The notes under the pieces: generated by a model | What the model was told of the DNA's origin: nothing | Seen by the model: only the letters and a program-made list of their open reading frames with translations | Database searches by the model: none | Origin: an uncultured Actinomycetes bacterium | Lineage (GTDB): Bacteria > Actinomycetota > Thermoleophilia > RBG-16-64-13 | Reading direction: 5' to 3' | DNA: 64,000 nucleotides | Assembly (NCBI GenBank): GCA_937148845.1 | Contig: CAKZRW010000027.1 | Location: 3,555-67,554 of the forward strand | Shown here: piece after piece, positions 28,550-38,467 of the stretch | Layout: each line of letters starts with the position of its first letter | Position numbering within the stretch: position 1 is the first letter of the stretch | Made by a program: the position numbers and the translations under genes

Positions 28550-30634
28550 ATGAGACTCCTGCGCTTCGGCGTGCTGGCCCTAGGGGCCTGCCTTGTTGTG
28601 TTGCTGTTGGCAAGCCCCGCACTGGCGGTGGGTAGCACGCCCCAAGTAGACATTCCCTACGACCACAGCTCGCTTCTAAAGGGCCAGGCGCCACCAGCGC
28701 AGACTCACAAGAACGGCATACCCGACCCGTCTTCGGCCTCCTCAGTGCCTCTGCACGACGGGCGCCCTCCGGATCTCATCTTGACCCTTTACGATTGGGA
28801 TCCTGCTCACGCGGGGCCCCACGACGTGCCGTTCTGGAAGGAGTACAGCGGTCTGCATTCTGACGTCTACGTGGGCTGGAACGACCTCACGCCTCCGCCC
28901 ACCTCTTCGCAGCAGGATCACGTCATCACTGCGGAGCAGATCGCTTACTTGGGCAGGGAGTTCGACGAGCGCATCTGGGCCTCCGATGTCTTCCACTTCG
29001 GCTGGTACAAGTCGCGCGCTCCTCAAAAGGGGATGGATGGCAGCCGGGCCGCCATCTTCGTCTACAACATCCGGGACGAAGCGTATTGGAGCAGCTATCG
29101 CTTCTATATCGCGGGATTCTTCTGGGGCGGTTTGAACGATGCGCTGCAAGTTAACGCTATCTTCATCGACTCCTACAACTGGAAGGACCGCATCGGGCCG
29201 AACGCTGCCCGTCCCTATCTCTACGAAGCCACCATCGCCCATGAGTTCCAGCATCTGATCCACCACGACGTCGACCCCGATGAGGACTCTTTCATAGATG
29301 AGGGCATGGCCGACCTGGCCGAGCAGTTCCTCTACGGGACCGTGACCACAGGCAGCCACATCGCTGAGTACCTTGTATACCATCGCGACTCGCTCCTCGA
29401 CTGGGACGGCGAGCTCTACGACTATGGTGGCGCCGTACTCTGGATGGACTACCTGTTCGAGCGAGCGGGTGGCGGCAGCCTCAGGGGAGAGCCCGCCGAC
29501 AGGGTGACCAAGCAGTACGCCAAGAAGCCGTTCGCTGATACAGCGGCGAAGTTTGCGGATGCCGGCGACAGGTTCATCTGGAATCTGATCCATGATCAAG
29601 CGAACGGCCTTCCAGCGGTGGCCAACTGGGTCGGGGGCCCGGCCAAGGTCGAGGCCCTCCATCGCGACTGGACCCTGGCCAATCTGTTGGACGGTAAGGT
29701 GGCTGAGCCAGAATGGAACTATCGTAACCTGGTCCTGGGAGGGACTGATTCCGACTACTACACCATCCAGGACGGGATCGACTTCTACGACTCCAAAGTC
29801 AGCGGCAACATGCCACCGACGCGCAAGAACGTACGCCGGCGTGCAGTCACCGAACCCTGGGGTGCCTACTACCGGGCCTTCGCGGGAAGCTCACCCGGGC
29901 TGACCATGAGCTTCACTGGAAGTGCTCAAGACGGTGTGGCCGCGCATTCGGCCCCGTATGAGTGGTACTCGGGGCTGGGCAACATGCTCTCGCGGACCCT
30001 GTCCTACATGCTGACTGTGCCGACGGGTGCCTCCACGCTTACTTTCTGGACCTGGTATGACATCGAACAAGACTGGGACTACGGATACGTGGAGGTCCTG
30101 GATGGCTCGGTGTGGAAGTCTCTGCGGCAGGTGAGTACCCTGCCCTCTGGCAGCGCTAACATCAACGGCTCGAGCGCGTGGGCTGGCCCCGGCGGTCTGA
30201 CCGGCAACTCCGGCGGGTGGCAGCTTGCCACCTACGACCTGGAAGGACGCTCGGGAAGCGTGACCGTGCGGTTCCGCTACATGACCGACGAGGCCGTGAA
30301 CGGGCAAGGCTGGTACGTGGACGACCTCGGGGTCGACGGCACGGTGCAGAACGACGTCTCTAGCTCCGCTGGCTGGACCACCAACGGCTGGATCTTCACG
30401 AACGGGCTTCAGAACAACGATTGGACGGCCACTGCCTATGTCCCCTATGCGAAGGCCGGGAAGAGCTGGTACACGGTGCAGTCGTTCGCCGGCCTGCAGG
30501 GCCAAGGGGTTTCTGGCTCGGTTTACTTAGACTGCCAGTACCTCAAGAACGGCTATGTCTATGGCGTGGTCTCGAACCGGCCGGACGGGGTGTTCGACGC
30601 TACGGGCAGACTGACGATAGCAAAGGGGCAGTAG
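28550..30634 (+). CDS. Secreted zinc metallopeptidase (M30/immune inhibitor A-like) with C-terminal beta-sandwich domain
   Basis: Signal peptide ending ALA, AHEFQHLIH followed by DEGMA, WYDIEQDWDYGYVEV, FRYMTD, GWYVDD. Confidence 0.8.
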   Translation: MRLLRFGVLALGACLVVLLLASPALAVGSTPQVDIPYDHSSLLKGQAPPAQTHKNGIPDPSSASSVPLHDGRPPDLILTLYDWDPAHAGPHDVPFWKEYSGLHSDVYVGWNDLTPPPTSSQQDHVITAEQIAYLGREFDERIWASDVFHFGWYKSRAPQKGMDGSRAAIFVYNIRDEAYWSSYRFYIAGFFWGGLNDALQVNAIFIDSYNWKDRIGPNAARPYLYEATIAHEFQHLIHHDVDPDEDSFIDEGMADLAEQFLYGTVTTGSHIAEYLVYHRDSLLDWDGELYDYGGAVLWMDYLFERAGGGSLRGEPADRVTKQYAKKPFADTAAKFADAGDRFIWNLIHDQANGLPAVANWVGGPAKVEALHRDWTLANLLDGKVAEPEWNYRNLVLGGTDSDYYTIQDGIDFYDSKVSGNMPPTRKNVRRRAVTEPWGAYYRAFAGSSPGLTMSFTGSAQDGVAAHSAPYEWYSGLGNMLSRTLSYMLTVPTGASTLTFWTWYDIEQDWDYGYVEVLDGSVWKSLRQVSTLPSGSANINGSSAWAGPGGLTGNSGGWQLATYDLEGRSGSVTVRFRYMTDEAVNGQGWYVDDLGVDGTVQNDVSSSAGWTTNGWIFTNGLQNNDWTATAYVPYAKAGKSWYTVQSFAGLQGQGVSGSVYLDCQYLKNGYVYGVVSNRPDGVFDATGRLTIAKGQ

Positions 30635-30664
30635 ACCGGGAGTAGAGGCCAGAAGGAGACTGGG

Positions 30665-30701
30665 CCCCGGGGAGGCCGGACCGGGTCCGGCCTCCCCGGG
30701 G
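30665..30701 (+). terminator. Probable intrinsic terminator (17-bp stem)
   Basis: CCCCGGGGAGGCCGGAC-CGG-GTCCGGCCTCCCCGGGG, then a short T run. Confidence 0.65.
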
Positions 30702-30914
30702 GGCGTTTGAAGTATCTTGCTCACGCAGGATGCCTGGGTGTCGAGCCTCATTTTCCGAAAGAACGCGGCAAGCGGAAGCCGGACGTGAGCCCCCCCTCAG
30801 GGGTAGCTGGCGGCAAAGCTGGCTACCGCTTCTCAGCCTTGGGGCCGCGGAGGAAGACGACCGGCAAGCAGAGGGTCGTTCCCGGAGAGTGCAAGCGTAG
30901 CCGCGGCGGCCACT

Positions 30915-31025
30915 ATGGTCCCGCGAGGGGTGATTTGTCCGCTTTCAGCGCTCGAGTTTCATTGGCTTACGAGCCAGGCACCACACCAGATCTGGATGGC
31001 CGTCGAGTCCAAGGACTGGCGGCCG
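30915..31025 (+). pseudogene. Fragment of an AbiEi-family (type IV TA) antitoxin
   Basis: VPRGVICPLSALEFHWLTSQAPHQIWMAV resembles the AbiEi SAL.FH.LT.Q.P..VW motif; no N-terminal HTH and no C-terminal part. Confidence 0.6.
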
Positions 31026-31191
31026 GCACCAGGGTCGTCGGCCAGAAGGAAGCGAAGGGTTTGCAGACTGCGCGTAACATCGGGGATTGCCGCTCGCAGG
31101 GGCTTGTCCGAGGACCTTCTGCAAGGCGCGCCTATTATGAGAGACTCTATACGAGTGCCTCCGTTTGCGCGACCAAGAAGGAGCAATCAAC

Positions 31192-31494
31192 ATGCCGGAT
31201 TTCGGAACTGCTTTCTCGGGGCTTGCTCATGACCGCAAGCTTACTCACGAAGAGCTGGTGCGGGCCATCCGCTTCATGGTGGCTGCCGAATACGAGGCGA
31301 TTCAGCTCTACATGCAGTTGGCTGAATCCACTGACCATCAGTTGGCGCAAAAGGTGCTCAAAGACATCGCCGACGAAGAGCGCGTCCACGCCGGCGAGTT
31401 CCTAAGGCTTCTTCATGAGCTCGACCCCGCCGAGCAGGAGTTCTACGCTGAGGGGGCGGCAGAAGTAGAGGAGGAGATCGAACGCCTCCGCTGA
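31192..31494 (+). CDS. Short ferritin-like protein (encapsulated-ferritin/rubrerythrin-like)
   Basis: RKLTHEELVRAIR, AEYEAIQLY, IADEERVHAGEF; AAGGAG RBS. Confidence 0.82.
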   Translation: MPDFGTAFSGLAHDRKLTHEELVRAIRFMVAAEYEAIQLYMQLAESTDHQLAQKVLKDIADEERVHAGEFLRLLHELDPAEQEFYAEGAAEVEEEIERLR

Positions 31495-31624
31495 CGGGCA
31501 AGGCGGCTTCTCAGCGGACCTGCGAGCCGCCGGTTGCTGTGCGCGCTCGCCGACGGCGCGTACGGGTCAGGCAGCTAAAGGGTGCAGATGCGCGGCAAGG
31601 CCGTGCCGCTAGAAAGGGGGGAAG

Positions 31625-32197
31625 ATGCAGGTCGCCTGTTGGGTTCTGGGGGTGGAAGAAGACCAGGCAGAGGACATGCTGCCCGATACCATCTCCATAG
31701 GCTTTCCCCTGATCGGTGATCTACGGCGCTACTTGAGCAGAGAGTCTTCCGCGGGTGACTGGGTCGCCCCGGAGACGTCTGGCGAGGAAGAGGAGCATGC
31801 CGAGTGGGAACGCCGACAACGGCGGGCGCTGGTGGCAGATTTCAGGCGGCTCTATCCTGGCGTCCTTGAGGCCCGGGAGAGACATCCCACCCGTATAGTC
31901 GATCCCTTTGGTCTTTGGCTCTTCGCCCATAAGACCGCGGTGCGCGACCTGGTAGTGGTACACGTGAGGCGCGGAGAAGGCCGGGAGGCCATCGCCATAG
32001 TGCGGATCACAGGCCCGTATTTCTACCGAGAGGACTCGCCCTGGCCGCACCGACTGCCGGTAGAAATGGTGACACGCTGCAGCTTCAAGCTCCCCCACCC
32101 GTATTCGGGGTGGCAGGAGGTGTTCAGCCGGGCCATCGAAGACAGCGCGGTGGACCATCTGGCGCGGATGCGCGCGGGGGAGCCGGTCGAAGACTGA
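31625..32197 (+). CDS. Hypothetical protein resembling the PUA/EVE-like N-terminal domain of Mrr/McrB-type restriction proteins
   Basis: ISIGFPLIGDL, LWLFAHKTAVRDLVVV, IAIVRITGPYFY, HRLPVE. Confidence 0.5.
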   Translation: MQVACWVLGVEEDQAEDMLPDTISIGFPLIGDLRRYLSRESSAGDWVAPETSGEEEEHAEWERRQRRALVADFRRLYPGVLEARERHPTRIVDPFGLWLFAHKTAVRDLVVVHVRRGEGREAIAIVRITGPYFYREDSPWPHRLPVEMVTRCSFKLPHPYSGWQEVFSRAIEDSAVDHLARMRAGEPVED

Positions 32198-32262
32198 GCG
32201 TACGCGCGCGGCGGTGCCCGGGGCTCCAACGGCCTGCCCGACCATGCGACCTCGAGCCTTCG

Positions 32263-34254
32263 TCAAGGTTGGCGATAGGTCAGGCCGAAACCGTAGGGGT
32301 ACGCGGGCTCGACGCCCAGGTGATCCAACCAGGCCTGGCCGTGAAGCGGCCCGTATTCCACTACTGAAGCCTCGGGGTCGAAAGGCGGCAGATGGTCTGC
32401 GTCTGTGGGGATGGTGACGGGCAGGCGACCCGTCGGCCGGCAGCGGCCAAGGAGGACGTCGGCAAGGGCATGTCCTCCTTCCATACCCGGATACCAGAGA
32501 ATGAGGAGGGCCGGTACTAGGTGGCACCAGCGCTCCATGATCACGGCTGACCCACACATGACGACTACCACGGTCCGCGGATTGACCGCTGCCGTCTGCC
32601 TGATGAGCTCCTCATCTTCGGGGTGAAGAGTGAGCGAGCGGCGGTCGCCGCCGCCAGCCAGCGGCGGGTCCGCGGAGAACAGGCCGCCGGTGCGCAGACG
32701 CAAGGCAGCAAGTAGCAGCCGGGGAACGAGGGCAAGCCGCGGCCGGGGCAGCAAGCGCTTGAATGCGGGAGGCGGGAAGTCGCCGAGATACTCGCCCTCG
32801 TCGCGGTAGTCGTATCCCGCCACCACCACAGTGGCGTCGGCGGCGGCCGCCAAGCGCGCCGCGCGCAAGGGTTGCTGTCCGTCGTCATACTGGACGGCAC
32901 AGCCGAGCGGCTCGAGGGCTGCCCGCAACCCCGCAAGAGGGGTGACCACGTAGGGCGGGGTCACCCGACTGGAGCCGCGGTCCCCGGTATTGGGTACAGC
33001 GGCCAGCCGGCCGATGACGGCCAGACTGCGCAAGGTGCGGGGATCGAGGGGCAGGAGCGGCCGTGCCTCTGCCGCGCCAGGGTCGCGGCTGTGTCCGCAG
33101 GCCGGGGGCGGCGGTACCGCCTCGTTGCGGAGCAGCACGATACCCTTGACGGCAGCCTCCCGGGCCAGGGCACGGTGTTCGGGGCAGGCTAGCATTTCGG
33201 AGTTGTAGCGGGGCTCGCCTGGTAGCGCGGTCGACCGGCCGCCCTTCTCGGCCGTATCCCGGTCGCCCTCGCCCGCCGCGGCCAGGTCGTGCTCGCATCC
33301 CATGGCCGGGTCACGCTCGCTCGCCGCGGTCCGGTTCCCCGCGGCCCGGGCTCGGAGCTGAGCCCGCACTAGGCGGAAAGCAGCGTCGTCGATGCGTTCC
33401 TGGGGAAGGACTCCGGCGGTCAAGGCTTCTTGCACGCGGTCGCCGATGAAGATGCGGCAGGGCATCTCCAGGTCAAGGCCGGCCTGCAAGGCGGCGACGC
33501 CGTCACGGATGCCGAAGAGCCAGTCGCTGACTACGAAACCCTGGAATCCCCAGCGTTCCTTGAGGATGGTGGTGAGTAGGTAGCGGTTTTGACCGCACCA
33601 CTCGCCGTTCACCGCGTTGTAAGCGGACATGATAACGGCGACACCTTCGTCCACCACGCGCTTGAAGTGAGGCAGATAGACGGTTTCCAGTACCTCGGGA
33701 TCGACTCTGACGTCGACCTTGAAGCGGGATTCCTCGATGCTGTTGCAGGCGAAATGTTTTGCACAGCCGAGGACGTGGCGTTGCAGCCCGCGCACGAAGG
33801 CCGCGCCCATCTCACCGATGTGCCAGGAATCCTCGCCATAGGTCTCCTGAGCACGACCCCAGCCCGGGTGGCGGAGCAGGTTGAGGCAGGGCGCAAGCAC
33901 GACGTTGGCTCCCACAGCCCGAGCCTCGCGGCCGATGGCCTCGCCGATGCGCTCTTCCAGCTGGTAGTCGAAGGAGGCAGCTCGAGCTATAGCGACTGGG
34001 AAACAGGTGGCGATTCCTCGGGCGACTCCCCGGGGGCCGTCGACGAAGTGGAGCCCGGGAAGACCTAGGCGGGACACTGCGGCTGCCGACCAGAGGGGCA
34101 GCCGCCCGGCGCGCTGCGACTGTGCTTGCGCAAACCCAAGCACCAGGTCGCGATAGAAGTCGAGATCCCCCGCAAGCAGGCGCAGTCGCTCCGGCGGGGT
34201 GAGGAGACTCACCAGACGATGGGCCTCCACATCGAGGTCGGAACCGGTTGCCAT
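32263..34254 (-). CDS. Glycoside hydrolase family 3 beta-glucosidase
   Basis: DGPRG, GRAQETYGED, KHFACN, nucleophile in VSDW, GLDLEMP, WYPGMEGG, GFGLTY. Confidence 0.92.
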   Translation of the reverse strand: MATGSDLDVEAHRLVSLLTPPERLRLLAGDLDFYRDLVLGFAQAQSQRAGRLPLWSAAAVSRLGLPGLHFVDGPRGVARGIATCFPVAIARAASFDYQLEERIGEAIGREARAVGANVVLAPCLNLLRHPGWGRAQETYGEDSWHIGEMGAAFVRGLQRHVLGCAKHFACNSIEESRFKVDVRVDPEVLETVYLPHFKRVVDEGVAVIMSAYNAVNGEWCGQNRYLLTTILKERWGFQGFVVSDWLFGIRDGVAALQAGLDLEMPCRIFIGDRVQEALTAGVLPQERIDDAAFRLVRAQLRARAAGNRTAASERDPAMGCEHDLAAAGEGDRDTAEKGGRSTALPGEPRYNSEMLACPEHRALAREAAVKGIVLLRNEAVPPPPACGHSRDPGAAEARPLLPLDPRTLRSLAVIGRLAAVPNTGDRGSSRVTPPYVVTPLAGLRAALEPLGCAVQYDDGQQPLRAARLAAAADATVVVAGYDYRDEGEYLGDFPPPAFKRLLPRPRLALVPRLLLAALRLRTGGLFSADPPLAGGGDRRSLTLHPEDEELIRQTAAVNPRTVVVVMCGSAVIMERWCHLVPALLILWYPGMEGGHALADVLLGRCRPTGRLPVTIPTDADHLPPFDPEASVVEYGPLHGQAWLDHLGVEPAYPYGFGLTYRQP

Positions 34255-34465
34255 GGTCTTCTCGATCAGGCCTCCTTCCGCGCCTGGAGTCGTTCGCTTT
34301 CCCAAGGGCGCGACCGCGGTGCCCAGCCGGCAGCCCAGGCTGGCAGGTAGTAGTATGGCCGGCCAGCGGCACGCCATGATAGAGTTTACAGACCTGGCCG
34401 GCCAGACCACAGCAAGAGTTCTGCCTGCCATCGGACCCTGCGAGACCCCCGAAGAAGGAGGCCTC

Positions 34466-37387
34466 ATGTACACCGGCCGCGACAGCAGGTTGGGAAACAT
34501 CCCGGCTAGCCAGAGTCCTTCCGAACAGATCCGAGGGTTCGCCCGCTGGTGGCGAAGGGTGGGGTGGGGCCGTCGCTTGCTCCTCTTGGTCCCCTTGGCC
34601 GTTATTGTCATTCTTGTGGTCCTGTGGGTGGTATCCCGCCTCCTCACCGACTACTGGTGGTACCAGGAGGTGGGCTACACGACTGTGTTTTGGACTCGTC
34701 TCTGGGCGCAGAGCGCCGCGACGGTAGCGGCCGCCGTAGTCTTCTTCCTCATCCTCTACGGTAATCTGTGGCTGAGTCGGCGTTTTGTGCCCTCGCTGGT
34801 GCCGGCGGGGGAAGCGGGCCGGGGTGTCTATGACCTGGTGGATACGGCCCGGCGGAGCGGTCGCCGATTCTTGCTCTTCATTTCTATCGTGCTGGCGGTC
34901 GTTTTCGGGTTGGGTTACGGCGGCTCGTGGCAACGGGCGCTAACCTACTTCAAGCGCGTGGATTTTGGCTTCTCAGCCCCAGTGTTCGACCGTGATGCGT
35001 CGTTCTTTGTGTTCGCCCTTCCCTTCTTCCGCCTGATCCTGATCTTCCTTATGGTCGCCTTCCTCTTCAGCTTCTTGGCGCTGATCGTGGTCTATGGGCG
35101 GCAGAGGGCTTTTCGGCTGGAAGGGCGGACGCTGTGGGTGGCGCCGCGGGTTAGGGCGCACCTTTCCGTGATCGTGGCGGTGGCCATGTTCGGCAAGGCG
35201 GTGGACTATTTCCTGGGAGTCTGGGGTCTGGCTTATTCAGAGCGGGGCGCTGTCTTCGGGCCGGGCTACACCGATGTCAATGTGCAGATACCGGTTCTGC
35301 GCTTCCTCGCCGTCGTGGCTCTCATCGCGGGTGTGCTCTTCCTCCTCAACGTCTACTGGAAGACCTGGAAGCTGGCGGCAGCCGCCGTAGGCCTTCTCTT
35401 CGTCACTTGGCTCTTCGCGGGGCAGGTGTATCCGGCCATCGTCCAACGGTTCCAAGTGGCGCCCACCGAGATTCAAAAGGAGACCCCTTACATCGCCAAC
35501 AACATCAAGGCTACCCGTTGGGCCTTCGGCCTGGATGAAGTGCGCTCGCTCCCCTTCAAGGCGGAGGTCGGTCTGGACTGGAACGCCATAGAGGCTAACC
35601 CCGGCACGATCGAGAACGTGCGGGTGTGGGACCCTAAACCGGCTCTGCAGACCTACAAGCAGATCCAAGAGATCCGCACCTACTATGCTTTCCAGGACGT
35701 CGACGTCGACCGCTACGTCATCGACGGCCGCTACCGTCAAGTCTTGCTGTCTGCGCGGGAATTCGATCATTCCCAGCTCAGCGTGGAAGCTCAGACCTGG
35801 GTCAACAAGCATCTTACGTACACGCACGGCTACGGTTTGGTGATGAGTCCGGTCAGCGAGTCCACCGAACAGGGGCTACCCAAGCTCTACGTGCGCGATA
35901 TCCCTCCGGTGAGCGTTACCTCTCTACGGGTCAGCAGACCGGAGGTCTATTACGGGGAGCTGACTGACTCGTTCGTGGTAGTGAGGACCCAAGCCCAGGA
36001 GTTCGACTATCCCGCGGGCGACCAGAACAAGTTCACGGAGTACCAAGGTCGGGGCGGCATCGACATCGGCGGCCTCGGGCGCAAACTGCTGTTCGCTGTG
36101 CGCTTGGGCAGTATCAACCTCTTGGTCTCCAATTACTTGGGCGACGAGTCCCGGCTCCTTTACCGCCGGACGCTCGAGGAGCGCGTCCGCAGCATCGCTC
36201 CCTTCCTGCAGTACGACCGCGACCCGTATCTAGTGCTGCGGGACGATGGCAGTCTGGTCTGGGTCTGGGATGCTTACACCGTCTCCGACCGCTTCCCCAA
36301 CTCCCAGCCCAGCTCAGGAGGGATCAACTACGTGCGCAACTCGGTCAAGGTGGTAGTGGACGCCTATCACGGCGAGGTCACCTTCTACCAGCTTGATACC
36401 GAGGATGCGGTAGCCAACACCTGGGGCCGGGTCTTCCCGGGGCTGTTCGTTCCTGGCGACCAGATGCCGGAAGACATCCGTCGCCACCTGCGCTACCCCG
36501 AGGATCTTTTCCGGGTGCAAGCGGAGATGCTGTCCGTCTACCACATGACCGATCCGCAGGTCTTCTATAACAAAGAGGACGTCTGGGAGATCCCCAGGGA
36601 GCTCTACGCTGGCCAAGAAGTGGCGGTGGAGCCGTACTACGTCATGATGGTGCTTCCTGGAGAGGTCCGCGAAGAGTTCGTCCTGCTGCAGCCTTTCACC
36701 CCCCGGGCCAAGCAGAACATGGTCTCGTGGATGGCGGCGCGCATGGACGGCGACAGCTACGGGGAGCTGCTGGTCATCACCTTCCCGAAAGACAAGCTGG
36801 TCTTCGGTCCCTCTCAGATCGAGGCTCGCATCAACAACGATCCCACCATCTCTGCGCAGATAACTCTCTGGGACCAAGCGGGCAGTGAGGTCTTGCGCGG
36901 CAATCTGTTGGTCATCCCGGTTGAAGAGTCCCTGCTCTATGTGGAGCCTCTCTATCTGCAGGCGGCCCAGCGGGCTATCCCTGAACTCACCCGGGTGATC
37001 GTAGCCTACGGCGACATGGTGGTCATGGAGCCCGACCTCAAGTCAGCTCTTGCCGCTATATTCAAAGGAGGTCCTCCGACCACGGTTCCCGGCACGCCCA
37101 CCACAGGCCCGGGCGGGACGACGGGGCCGGGTGGCCGCGAAGGGCCAGCGGGGACCACCACCACCCTGCCTTCGACCACGACCACTATCCCCTCGGGCAC
37201 CACGACCACTACCCGGCCGACCGGGCTGCCGGCCGACCGCGCGGCTCTGCTCGACCTGGCCATCCAGCTCTACGAAGAAGCCCGGGCTGCGCAGCGGGCT
37301 GACGACTGGGCCACCTACGGCGAGAAGATCCGCCGGCTAGGCGAAGTACTGGCTGCTCTGCGGGCGCTGGAAGACGCGGCTCCGTAG
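34466..37387 (+). CDS. UPF0182 family membrane protein
   Basis: DYWWYQEVGY, GPGYTDV, NVRVWD, YTHGYG, NYVRNSVK, YVEPLYLQA; Pro/Thr-rich C-terminal linker; AAGGAGG RBS. Confidence 0.92.
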   Translation: MYTGRDSRLGNIPASQSPSEQIRGFARWWRRVGWGRRLLLLVPLAVIVILVVLWVVSRLLTDYWWYQEVGYTTVFWTRLWAQSAATVAAAVVFFLILYGNLWLSRRFVPSLVPAGEAGRGVYDLVDTARRSGRRFLLFISIVLAVVFGLGYGGSWQRALTYFKRVDFGFSAPVFDRDASFFVFALPFFRLILIFLMVAFLFSFLALIVVYGRQRAFRLEGRTLWVAPRVRAHLSVIVAVAMFGKAVDYFLGVWGLAYSERGAVFGPGYTDVNVQIPVLRFLAVVALIAGVLFLLNVYWKTWKLAAAAVGLLFVTWLFAGQVYPAIVQRFQVAPTEIQKETPYIANNIKATRWAFGLDEVRSLPFKAEVGLDWNAIEANPGTIENVRVWDPKPALQTYKQIQEIRTYYAFQDVDVDRYVIDGRYRQVLLSAREFDHSQLSVEAQTWVNKHLTYTHGYGLVMSPVSESTEQGLPKLYVRDIPPVSVTSLRVSRPEVYYGELTDSFVVVRTQAQEFDYPAGDQNKFTEYQGRGGIDIGGLGRKLLFAVRLGSINLLVSNYLGDESRLLYRRTLEERVRSIAPFLQYDRDPYLVLRDDGSLVWVWDAYTVSDRFPNSQPSSGGINYVRNSVKVVVDAYHGEVTFYQLDTEDAVANTWGRVFPGLFVPGDQMPEDIRRHLRYPEDLFRVQAEMLSVYHMTDPQVFYNKEDVWEIPRELYAGQEVAVEPYYVMMVLPGEVREEFVLLQPFTPRAKQNMVSWMAARMDGDSYGELLVITFPKDKLVFGPSQIEARINNDPTISAQITLWDQAGSEVLRGNLLVIPVEESLLYVEPLYLQAAQRAIPELTRVIVAYGDMVVMEPDLKSALAAIFKGGPPTTVPGTPTTGPGGTTGPGGREGPAGTTTTLPSTTTTIPSGTTTTTRPTGLPADRAALLDLAIQLYEEARAAQRADDWATYGEKIRRLGEVLAALRALEDAAP

Positions 37388-37404
37388 TCAAGCGCAAGGC
37401 GATT

Positions 37405-37468
37405 CTCGGGCCAAGGTGCTCTCGGCCCAGGCCATCCTCGGGCCCGGGTGCTCTCGGCCCAGGCGCTC
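37405..37468. repeat. Degenerate 16-nt tandem repeat x4 (a 28-nt unit duplicated at a 32-nt period)
   Basis: CTCGGGCCAAGGTGCTCTCGGCCCAGGC at 37405 and CTCGGGCCCGGGTGCTCTCGGCCCAGGC at 37437. Confidence 0.7.
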
Positions 37469-37500
37469 CTTCGGGTGGGCCTTTTTCGGGCTCCTCTGGG

Positions 37501-37541
37501 GGATGCATCCTGAATGCGATTCGTTTAAGATGCATCTTGAA
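37501..37541. promoter_or_regulatory. Two GATGCATC-centred palindromes upstream of the qorB-like gene (putative operator)
   Basis: GGATGCATCC (37501-37510) and AAGATGCATCTT (37527-37538). Confidence 0.45.
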
Positions 37542-37612
37542 GTCTGCCACAGGACAGCGGAGCATCTTGGGACACAATCCCGGGACGCGACTAGCAGAGG
37601 GGGAGGTTTGAG

Positions 37613-38467
37613 ATGAAGATAGGCGTGACCGGAGCCACAGGACAGCTGGGCCGGTTGGTAGTGCAGCATCTGCTCAAGCACTGCCAGCCCGAGGACGTGG
37701 TGGCAGTAGTGCGGGATCCGGCCAAGGCGGCCGACTTGGCCGGGCAGGGCGTCACCGTGAGGGTTGCCTCTTACGATGATCGCGCGGCCCTAGAGGTAGC
37801 TCTGGCGGGTGTGGACAAGCTGCTTCTCATCTCCTCGAACGAAGTCGGGCGGCGGATCCCCCAGCACCAGAACGTCATCAATGCCGCTAGAGCGGTCGGG
37901 GTCAAACACGTGGTGTACACGAGCGCTCCCAAAGCGACTACGTCTTCGCTGGTACTTGCTCCCGAACACAAGGCGACCGAGGAATACCTGGCTGCCTCTG
38001 GCCTCACCTACACGGTACTTCGCAACAACTGGTACAGCGAGAACTACACCCAGACCATCCGCAACGCGGCTGCCAGCGGGGAGATAGTCTCGGCGGCGGG
38101 GAACGGCCGAGTAGCCAGCGCTACGCGGGCGGACTATGCCGAGGCGGCAGCGGTCGTGCTCACCAGTGAGGGTCATGAGAACAAGGTCTACGAGCTAGGG
38201 GGCGACCAAGCCTGGGACTTCTATGAGTTGGCGGCGATGATCGCCGAGGTCACCGGCCGGCCTTGCACCTACAAGGCGGTAGAAGCGGCCGAGCTGGTCG
38301 AGCGTATGCGGCAGGCAGGGGCCGATGAAGGCACGGCGGCTTTTGTGGCGGCTCTGGACACCAACATCGCAGAGGGGGCTTTGGCGGAAGTCACCGGTGA
38401 CCTCTCCCGGCTTCTCGGGCGGCCGACCACTCCCATGCAGGAGACGGTCAAGGCCGTACTGCAGTGA
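37613..38467 (+). CDS. qorB: NmrA-like NAD(P)H:quinone oxidoreductase (QorB/YtfG type)
   Basis: VTGATGQLG, LLLISS, EHKATE, LRNNWYSEN, RADYAEAAA. Confidence 0.85.
   Translation: MKIGVTGATGQLGRLVVQHLLKHCQPEDVVAVVRDPAKAADLAGQGVTVRVASYDDRAALEVALAGVDKLLLISSNEVGRRIPQHQNVINAARAVGVKHVVYTSAPKATTSSLVLAPEHKATEEYLAASGLTYTVLRNNWYSENYTQTIRNAAASGEIVSAAGNGRVASATRADYAEAAAVVLTSEGHENKVYELGGDQAWDFYELAAMIAEVTGRPCTYKAVEAAELVERMRQAGADEGTAAFVAALDTNIAEGALAEVTGDLSRLLGRPTTPMQETVKAVLQ

Noticed and set aside
30707..31405. 232-aa ORF across the AbiEi scar and the ferritin-like gene
   Set aside because: No recognisable motif or RBS, and it overlaps better-supported frames
34199..34647. Apparent head-to-head overlap of the GH3 and UPF0182 ORFs
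   Set aside because: Caused by over-extended starts; the likely starts at 34254 and 34466 leave a normal divergent gap
37405..37468. Repeats as a mini CRISPR array
   Set aside because: Units are contiguous with no unique spacers, and there are no cas genes
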